Shown here: positions 28,610 to 35,318 of the stretch, piece after piece
Layout of the letters: each line of letters opens with the position of its first letter
Position numbering within the stretch: position 1 is the first letter of the stretch
Assembly: GCA_024401515.1 (NCBI GenBank)
Contig: JAKSKY010000001.1
Location: forward strand, 1 to 58,239
Source of the DNA: Paludibacteraceae bacterium
GTDB lineage: Bacteria > Bacteroidota > Bacteroidia > Bacteroidales > Paludibacteraceae
Direction: 5' to 3'
DNA: 58,239 bases
Notes under the pieces: model-generated
What the model saw: only the letters and a program-made list of their open reading frames with translations
The model's database searches: none
Told to the model about the DNA's origin: nothing
Translations under genes and position numbers: made by a program

Positions 28610-29367
28610 TTAAGGATTTTGTTGACACATATCTTGGGGGGAATATTGGGGACTTAAAAAATTTTGATTTCTCTCAACTACAAAGAGATAAGATCTATGG
28701 TTGTCCCGGTAGACCATTCGATTGCGATGACACAAATCTTGCTCGTTCCATCTATGTGCTTGTCTATCAGCAAGCTTTCCCAGATCTTTCTATAGAATCT
28801 CTTGAAGATGGCAAGTACAGGGGAGATACCATGAACTCCTTCAGGACTTTGATGGGGAAGTTTGTAGATGAACATGCTGCTTGTGAGGATGTGTATGACA
28901 TACCAGCTGACTTAGCACCCAAAATTCATCGTTTCATACATACCTATCATACCATTGGCAATTTTGTGCCTCTCCCTAACATTAAGACTACAAGGAATCT
29001 TAATATGATGCGAAGTATTCTTTGGCATGATTATTTTGACAGATTTTTGATTGAGGTAAAAAATTACCTGAACGAAGAGTTGTATCACGAGAAGTTCACT
29101 CCTTTGATGGAGGCCAACCACTTTGCCTTTGGGCAATATAAGGGTACGGAGAATGGATTTGCACGTTTAATTCATCTTCTTATGCTCGATGGTTATTTAG
29201 ACGATGATGGTTCCATTCATAAGTTCCAGGGGTTAACACTTCGTGGGAAATGGCCGAACGAGCTCTATTTCAATGAGGTTGAGCACTACATTGATTTTTG
29301 TACGTCATTGATAGAGGATCGAGCAGAGAAGATTATCGGGATTCTGAAGGATAAAATGCATAATTAG
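28606..29367 (+). CDS. Hypothetical cytoplasmic protein, no recognisable domain
   Basis: 253 aa with no signal peptide. Translationally coupled to the upstream ORF. Its stop lies at the junction with the IS OrfB C-terminal stub. Confidence 0.5.
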   Translation: MIKDFVDTYLGGNIGDLKNFDFSQLQRDKIYGCPGRPFDCDDTNLARSIYVLVYQQAFPDLSIESLEDGKYRGDTMNSFRTLMGKFVDEHAACEDVYDIPADLAPKIHRFIHTYHTIGNFVPLPNIKTTRNLNMMRSILWHDYFDRFLIEVKNYLNEELYHEKFTPLMEANHFAFGQYKGTENGFARLIHLLMLDGYLDDDGSIHKFQGLTLRGKWPNELYFNEVEHYIDFCTSLIEDRAEKIIGILKDKMHN

Positions 29368-29404
29368 CCCGGTACAATACCGAGCCCATTCTCTTATTAA
29401 TTAA
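29366..29404 (+). pseudogene. C-terminal stub of IS3 OrfB
   Basis: Reads SPVQYRAHSLIN*. (S/T)PVQYR is the characteristic C-terminal motif of IS3-family DDE transposases. The stop is 14 nt before IRR. Confidence 0.6.
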
Positions 29405-29418
29405 CTTATTTATTAATC

Positions 29419-29443
29419 TGTCCAACTTTTCGGGGTCACCTCA
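29419..29443 (-). repeat. IRR (plus strand TGTCCAACTTTTCGGGGTCACCTCA)
   Basis: Inverted copy of IRL; see 23620..23644. Confidence 0.75.
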
Positions 29444-29447
29444 ATTC
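29444..29447. repeat. Target-site duplication, right copy (ATTC)
   Basis: Identical to 23616..23619. Confidence 0.65.
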
Positions 29448-29463
29448 TCATTGACTGCCTTTT
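29448..29463. terminator. Right half of the split host terminator
   Basis: tc-attg-a-ctgcctttt pairs with 23604..23618 in the reconstructed empty site. It lies 25 nt past the stop of the 29488..30258 gene. Confidence 0.65.
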
Positions 29464-29487
29464 ATATTTCTATAAAAGAGGATGGAT

Positions 29488-30258
29488 TTACTTTTCCCCG
29501 TCCTTACGCTCCTTGAACTTGATCGCATCGAACAATGCGGTAACCACCACACCGAACATTTGGTTGTTTGAGCGTTGGAAAACATCCGATTTCTTGTTGT
29601 TATACAAATCACCGAATCCATAAGAATAACGGAACTCTGCCAATAGATGGAAACGACTACCGATCATCACATCGAAACCGCCTCCGCCGCACAATCCATA
29701 ATCCATGGATTTATAATCCTCCATGAAACGGGGATCATCCAACTTAAAGGCCTCCTTACGGAGATCATTTTCGGGAATGTTCCACTTCACATCATGGTAA
29801 TTCATCAAGAACCTTAACTCAGGGCCCAAATTGACGATAAACTTCAACCTACGTTGTCCGAAGTAGATATGCGCTAATATCGGCACATCGATGTAGTCCA
29901 ACCTACGACCCAAAGAGACATCCTGAAGGTCGATACCATTCACCATCGCGACGCCCAAATCCTCATGGAATTTCTCCTTCCAGCCCGCTTGCGCATAATT
30001 CGCCTCCAATTGCACACCAAAATGGTTACGATGAACATATCGGGCCGTAAAACCCCAACGGGTAGCCATATCAAACGATTGATCTCCTAATTCAAAGAGG
30101 CGATCCGTCGTATTATGCAAGAAGCTAACTTTCGAGAAATTCAAACCTCCGTTGACACCAAATGAAACAGATTGTTCAAAGTCCCTACGTAACAACTGTC
30201 CGTAGGTGACCAAACAAGCTACAAGAGAGAATGTTAGGGTAAGAAACAATCTACGCAT
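29488..30258 (-). CDS. Outer-membrane beta-barrel protein (PorT/OmpA-beta-barrel-like)
   Basis: Signal peptide, alternating-hydrophobic beta-strand pattern, and an aromatic-rich C-terminal region. Confidence 0.6.
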   Translation of the reverse strand: MRRLFLTLTFSLVACLVTYGQLLRRDFEQSVSFGVNGGLNFSKVSFLHNTTDRLFELGDQSFDMATRWGFTARYVHRNHFGVQLEANYAQAGWKEKFHEDLGVAMVNGIDLQDVSLGRRLDYIDVPILAHIYFGQRRLKFIVNLGPELRFLMNYHDVKWNIPENDLRKEAFKLDDPRFMEDYKSMDYGLCGGGGFDVMIGSRFHLLAEFRYSYGFGDLYNNKKSDVFQRSNNQMFGVVVTALFDAIKFKERKDGEK

Positions 30259-30262
30259 AGGA

Positions 30263-32515
30263 TTACTTTTTCGATTTAGCGGCTGCCTCTTTCAACTCCT
30301 TTTGCTTGCGAAGCATTGGCTTCACCAAGTCAGAATGTGTTCCGTCAACCAATGTGATGCCATCCTTACGGTTATGCATCAACAACATGAAGTTTGAATT
30401 GTAGTAACCACCACCCTCAAATTTATCGAATGCGAAATGGGACTGAAGACCATTCAATTCTATCTTAGCCATACCATGCTCAAAGTCATGGCCATAGTTG
30501 GATATCGCATGAGCAAAGTAGAATACCGCATCATAACCCAACATACCATATTGTGGTTGGCTATTAGCTGGTTCGGCATTATAATACTTTCTAAAGTTCT
30601 TCAAATAGGTAAGGGTGTTAGGATCTTGGAAATTCGTGTAGAACGGAGAAATGATATAGGTATCCAACACGAACAAATCCTTGGCGATACCTGGATAATT
30701 CTGCCACTCTGAGAATCCGAACAACGAAACACTCTTCTTATTATCCGAATTCAACATATTCACCATAGGAAGCACTTGGCTCAAAGAAACCTGATTGGCT
30801 GTCAACGGCACAATGATATTCTCTTTATTGGCCACCAATTCATTACGGATAGCGGAAATCGTACTGAAGTTCACAGAACTGAATTTCATTCCCTTAGCAG
30901 TCATCATAGCAGCCAATGTGTCGCCAAACGCCTTCTTATCCTCTTTTGAATTAGTGAATTTCACCAAAACGACATGTTTGTTGGAGAAATTCTTGATGAA
31001 CAAATTAGCCATCATATAATTCATTTGGTCAAGCGGCGTATTCACTTGGAAGATATTTGGATTCTCCTTGGTATCATCCGACTTGGAAGAGAAAGGAATC
31101 AATAGTTTCACATCGTTCTCTTTCGCGAAATCAGACAATGTCTTCATTTGGCTTGTATAGGCAGGGCCGATGATGACATCCATGCTCTCCAAACTTTGAT
31201 CCTTCATCACCTTCGCCAAGTCTGGTTCATTCTTTCCAGAATCATAGACATTCAAATTGAAGGAAAGGCCGGTCTTACGCAATGAATCCACTGCCAACAA
31301 CGCGCCTTGATAAAACTCCAAGAATTTATCCGTATTGCCATCGATTTGGCTAGCGGAGGTGATTTTACCCAACTGATAAGGCAACACGATCGCCATATTG
31401 ATCTCCTTCTTAGGCGTTGTTTGGGCCACAAAAACAGGAGCGGCCACCGTATCGACAGAGATGGTATCGGCAGGAAGGGCGGCATTTTCATAAACCGGAG
31501 GAATAATCAACACCATATTCACCTTGATACCATCCACAGCGGCTGGGTTCAACTTCAAAACATCTTCCTGTGTAACACCATACTTTTGGCAGATGCTAAA
31601 CAATGTCTCTTTTTTCTTAACTGTATGATAAGAGAATGTTTTAGACACTTTTTTCTCCGCTGGCTTAACTTGAGCTGTTTGCACAACAGGCGGAATGATC
31701 AATGTTTGTCCCTCATTCACACCCTCTTTGGCTGTAGGGTTCAAACGAATGATGTCTTCTTGCGCGACGCCATATTCATGACTAATGGAGAAAAGCGTCT
31801 CACCCTTTTTCACAATGTGGTTGGTGAATTTCTTAGGCAATTTGCTCTCCGCCGACTTTTCCGTCAAAGCAGTATTGGAATGGACAGGGGGGATGATCAA
31901 TTTTTGCCCCTCCTTCACACCCTCCTTCACATCAGGATTCAAACGGATAATCTCCTCCGAGGTGATTCCGTATTGACGACAAATACCAAAGAGCGACTCC
32001 CCCTTCACCACCTGATGAATCAAGAAGGCTGGCTTATTCTCCACCTTCTTCACCTTTGGCAAGGTGTCACTGACCGTCATATTCTGACCTGTAATGGTCT
32101 TCTTCGTAGGGATTTTTATCTCTGTGCCAAACTTCAAACCATCCGTTTTCAATGAAGGGTTCAAAGCATACAAATCATCATACGTGACATCGTATTTTTT
32201 TGAAAGAGAATAAAGCGTCTCTTTCTTATCCACCACATGCGTCGTGTATGAATTCGCCTTTACTGGGATAAGAATGGTGGAATTATAGGTTAAGCCATGC
32301 TCCGTACCAGGATTGACGGCTTTAATCTCCTCCTCTGTTACACCAAATTTCTTTGAGATTGAGTAAAATCCTTCGCTTTTTTGAACGACATACTCATAGT
32401 ATTGCTTGCCATTTATAGCCTTCTGGGGATAATTCAAATCCACCGCCCCCGCGGAGAAGGTCAAAAGAGAACATGCAAATACACTTAACAATATTTTCCT
32501 CATAATAATCATCAA
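30263..32515 (-). CDS. Five-LysM-repeat protein fused to a type-1 periplasmic-binding-protein domain
   Basis: Five repeats of the form H.VKKGETLFSIS..YGV..EDI..LNP. The C-terminal ~370 aa are PBP1-like (AIVLPY ... IIGPAY). Confidence 0.75.
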   Translation of the reverse strand: MMIIMRKILLSVFACSLLTFSAGAVDLNYPQKAINGKQYYEYVVQKSEGFYSISKKFGVTEEEIKAVNPGTEHGLTYNSTILIPVKANSYTTHVVDKKETLYSLSKKYDVTYDDLYALNPSLKTDGLKFGTEIKIPTKKTITGQNMTVSDTLPKVKKVENKPAFLIHQVVKGESLFGICRQYGITSEEIIRLNPDVKEGVKEGQKLIIPPVHSNTALTEKSAESKLPKKFTNHIVKKGETLFSISHEYGVAQEDIIRLNPTAKEGVNEGQTLIIPPVVQTAQVKPAEKKVSKTFSYHTVKKKETLFSICQKYGVTQEDVLKLNPAAVDGIKVNMVLIIPPVYENAALPADTISVDTVAAPVFVAQTTPKKEINMAIVLPYQLGKITSASQIDGNTDKFLEFYQGALLAVDSLRKTGLSFNLNVYDSGKNEPDLAKVMKDQSLESMDVIIGPAYTSQMKTLSDFAKENDVKLLIPFSSKSDDTKENPNIFQVNTPLDQMNYMMANLFIKNFSNKHVVLVKFTNSKEDKKAFGDTLAAMMTAKGMKFSSVNFSTISAIRNELVANKENIIVPLTANQVSLSQVLPMVNMLNSDNKKSVSLFGFSEWQNYPGIAKDLFVLDTYIISPFYTNFQDPNTLTYLKNFRKYYNAEPANSQPQYGMLGYDAVFYFAHAISNYGHDFEHGMAKIELNGLQSHFAFDKFEGGGYYNSNFMLLMHNRKDGITLVDGTHSDLVKPMLRKQKELKEAAAKSKK

Positions 32516-32596
32516 TTACCTAACACGCAAAAATACATAAAAATTTCAATATTCCCCCGAATATTTGTAATATTGCATTCGATTTGTAATTGATAA

Positions 32597-33967
32597 ATGA
32601 TGAAACGTAGCATTATATTTTTGATAACCGCTTTTGGTGCGGCAACTAACTTATTGGCCGGCACATTCTCAGTGACAAGCGGCAACGGAGTCGTGGAAAA
32701 AGGAACAGATTGCATCATTTTCGAAAATGCGAGCCAAGGATCCATTACCTTCACCACAGGAAATCTTCCCCTTAGAGACTTGAAATGTTTCCAAAACTCA
32801 TTGGTGGACGGAAAAATCCAAAGAGATTCAGTCCCTACCGCAAATCTGACATTAGCAGCAGATTCACAATCAGTTACAATCAAAAACATAACAGCGAATA
32901 GAGGATACGAGATTTCATACAACAACTATTCGTACGGAGAACCGTTGAACGAAAGCGCATATGCCTGCGTAATTGATTTCCTACCGCTTTCCAAAGTCTA
33001 CTTTCCAGACACTGTCGTCTGCGACGAGGTGGAATTATTCATAGAACCTGAAATGGTCTATTTCAACCAATATGGAAACACGAAAAAAATCACAAGGGAA
33101 TTATCAATCGGGTACCATGCTTTCGGTTTAAGGGGAGAGAATCCATCCATCGACAGCATCTCGTATGTAACCAATGCATCCGACCATCTCTATTTGGACA
33201 CACTACCCTACACGGATACGAAATTCTACATTTCGGACCTTACCGGTAAACAATTGTTCAAAAAGGATTTGATAATAGCCACAGAAGACACCTTCTTCAA
33301 CCATGCGGTGATCGCATTCCCTAGAATGACCACCTCAGCCAAACAAGAACACGAGGGGGATGATTCCAAGGATAGTACCATGAACTTCTACCCAGATATA
33401 GACATGGCGAAGGAAGCGGCCAAAGATTTCAGACATTCCGCTCCCCTCTTCATAAATTTGGATAGTAGAGCCAACGACATCACCAACCACTACGAATGGG
33501 CATTTATCCAAGGTGATGACGCCATCAACAACGACTTTAATGGCGCTTATACCTATTTCGACAAATATGTGAACGCATTTGAGATCTCCGATCCCGGTTT
33601 ACATTGCATTGAACTTACCATCAGCAACATCCGAGACGATAGCGCTTGCGCACATAAATCCTATGGTTGTCTGCAAATTACAGAATCCGACATTTACGTA
33701 CCAAACGTATTCACCCCTAATGGAGATGGAACCAACGACGAATTCAGGGTCGCTTATCGTTCCATTAGCGAATTTGAAATTTCAATATATGACCAATGGG
33801 GACGCCGCGTATATCAATCTGACGACATTACCAAAGGTTGGGACGGCACCTTCCACGGAGATTTAGCCTCTATGGGAACTTACTTCTACGTCATCAAAGC
33901 CAAGGGTACGGATGATTATGAATATGTCATCAAAGGCTCCGTCAATCTATTGAGGACTAAAAAATAA
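32597..33967 (+). CDS. T9SS type-B (gliding-motility CHU_C-like) sorting-domain protein
   Basis: C-terminus VPNVFTPNGDGTNDEFRV ... WDG ... GTYFYVIKA. N-terminal signal peptide. Confidence 0.8.
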   Translation: MMKRSIIFLITAFGAATNLLAGTFSVTSGNGVVEKGTDCIIFENASQGSITFTTGNLPLRDLKCFQNSLVDGKIQRDSVPTANLTLAADSQSVTIKNITANRGYEISYNNYSYGEPLNESAYACVIDFLPLSKVYFPDTVVCDEVELFIEPEMVYFNQYGNTKKITRELSIGYHAFGLRGENPSIDSISYVTNASDHLYLDTLPYTDTKFYISDLTGKQLFKKDLIIATEDTFFNHAVIAFPRMTTSAKQEHEGDDSKDSTMNFYPDIDMAKEAAKDFRHSAPLFINLDSRANDITNHYEWAFIQGDDAINNDFNGAYTYFDKYVNAFEISDPGLHCIELTISNIRDDSACAHKSYGCLQITESDIYVPNVFTPNGDGTNDEFRVAYRSISEFEISIYDQWGRRVYQSDDITKGWDGTFHGDLASMGTYFYVIKAKGTDDYEYVIKGSVNLLRTKK

Positions 33968-33990
33968 AGAGACACATAAACAGAAAGAAA

Positions 33991-34018
33991 GAGGGTGTAT
34001 CAAAATTGATATGCCCTC
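33991..34018. terminator. Hairpin between convergent genes
   Basis: 13-bp stem gagggtgtatcaa/ttgatatgccctc. It has two G.U pairs in the plus-strand RNA and a 2-nt loop. The T-run is on the minus-strand side only. Confidence 0.5.
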
Positions 34019-34023
34019 ATCTA

Positions 34024-34635
34024 TCAAAAACCTTCATAAATATCTTGTCTGGTATCCTTTTTTACATTTACTAATCTGGAATGTACTTCTTCAATAGCGT
34101 ATCTGGACCATCGACCGAAATAGTCACGTTTATAAGATATATCCACATAACCAGTACTGCTAGACAATCTTATCTTAGTTATCTTTTTTCTTTGTATTAG
34201 TTGAATATCCGACATTGACAGTTTAAACACTGAAATGTAATAGTTCATTTTGGGTGATGGCATAGTAGTGATTGTATTGCCAGACAAATAACTATGGGTA
34301 GGCTGTTCAACTTCACTAACTGTAACATTATTAGCTATAAGACTAACAATGTCTCCGCTTTCACTTTTCAATAACAATTCTGCATTCGAAGGTATTGACG
34401 AATAAGATGAAATAACTAATGCGTATGTGGTATCATTATTTGTCGCAAATGCCTTAATTCTAAAGTAATACTTTGTGCCATAAGCTCCATTACTCAAATA
34501 AAAGGTCCTAGAACTTGACATCACTTGCCGTGTTCCATCACTCGTAAAACCATCGTAATCTATAATCTGAGATGATTGCGCCAATGCAATCACTGAACAA
34601 GATAATAACCAAAGAATAGCTACAATTTTTTTCAT
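34024..34635 (-). CDS. Secreted hypothetical protein; single-copy paralog of the repeat unit in 1712..3370
   Basis: I prefer the start at MKKIVAILWLLSCSVIALAQ. Motifs AELLLKSESGDIV and KKITKIRLSSS align with the repeat motifs of the 552-aa protein. Confidence 0.55.
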   Translation of the reverse strand: MKKIVAILWLLSCSVIALAQSSQIIDYDGFTSDGTRQVMSSSRTFYLSNGAYGTKYYFRIKAFATNNDTTYALVISSYSSIPSNAELLLKSESGDIVSLIANNVTVSEVEQPTHSYLSGNTITTMPSPKMNYYISVFKLSMSDIQLIQRKKITKIRLSSSTGYVDISYKRDYFGRWSRYAIEEVHSRLVNVKKDTRQDIYEGF

Positions 34636-34736
34636 AAGTAACAATTGAAAACACATTGCAAATGTATGATTAATTAAGAATTATTGTCATATTCTACTCC
34701 ATTTTTTCGTACGCTTCCAATTCTAACGTTATTTCC

Positions 34737-34823
34737 CTATTTCTTCATAATCAAACAACTCTTTTCAGCCACCTTCAACAAATAAAGTCCTGGTATGAAT
34801 GTTCTCATGTCGATGTATATAAA
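34737..34823 (-). pseudogene. Orphan tail of a T9SS type-A C-terminal sorting domain
   Basis: Reads FIYIDMRTFIPGLYLLKVAEKSCLIMKK*, the canonical last strands of a Por CTD. Two stop codons precede it and no upstream body exists. Confidence 0.45.
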
Positions 34824-34826
34824 TTA

Positions 34827-35285
34827 TTAACAGACTAGCAAAGCCAATAGAATGGCACCCAAAACATAGGTGGCGATATTTACCTTCAAAGTAGCGCTAC
34901 CGATTCGCTTCGTATGATACGATTTATGTAAGAATAAATAATTGATACCAAACTCAATAATTAAGGTAAGTAGGAAGGCAACCAAATAATAGACGATTAA
35001 CCACATCAGTTGTCCATGGTGATGGATATTAACCTCATGCTTACTTACCCACGGGAACCATACAACAAGCCACCAACCACCATTTAAGGCCATAGAAATA
35101 ATGATACCCGTAATTCCACTAACTACATTACCGGTTATCTGTGACCAATATATAAGTTTATTAAAATTAGCTTTCGCTAAACATTTCGACATAAGTATAG
35201 CCTCACATAGAATGACGAAAAGCATAAAAAGCCAACCATAGGGGGTAAAGGCAAAAATTCCAAAAGAGACATCCAACAGCACCAT
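34827..35285 (-). CDS. Hypothetical polytopic membrane protein
   Basis: 152 aa with 4 to 5 hydrophobic helices. No recognisable family. Confidence 0.45.
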   Translation of the reverse strand: MVLLDVSFGIFAFTPYGWLFMLFVILCEAILMSKCLAKANFNKLIYWSQITGNVVSGITGIIISMALNGGWWLVVWFPWVSKHEVNIHHHGQLMWLIVYYLVAFLLTLIIEFGINYLFLHKSYHTKRIGSATLKVNIATYVLGAILLALLVC

Positions 35286-35318
35286 AATATTAAGCTATTA
35301 ATTCTTAACTCTTAATTA

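Larger units (their letters stand above)
23620..29443 (+). mobile_element. IS3-family (IS150-group-like) element whose orfB core is replaced by ~5.1 kb of cargo (cargo-carrying, non-autonomous IS derivative)
   Basis: 25-nt terminal IRs starting TGA and ending TCA, with a 4-bp TSD. OrfA, the A7 slippery site, the OrfB N-terminal stub and the OrfB C-terminal stub (SPVQYRAHSLIN*) are all present. The empty site reconstructs a terminator. Confidence 0.8.

Noticed and set aside
28606-29367. Possible HEPN-type Rx4H motif (RSILWH) in the 253-aa cargo protein.
   Set aside because: A six-residue pattern is expected by chance in a protein this size. I cannot verify an all-alpha HEPN fold or the usual flanking conservation without a profile search. 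I leave it as a search hint only.
34824-35285. Read-through fusion of the 152-aa membrane ORF with the in-frame T9SS CTD tail downstream.
   Set aside because: Two consecutive TAA stops separate them. A polytopic inner-membrane protein carrying a T9SS sorting signal makes no biological sense. The shared frame has a 1-in-3 chance of being coincidence.
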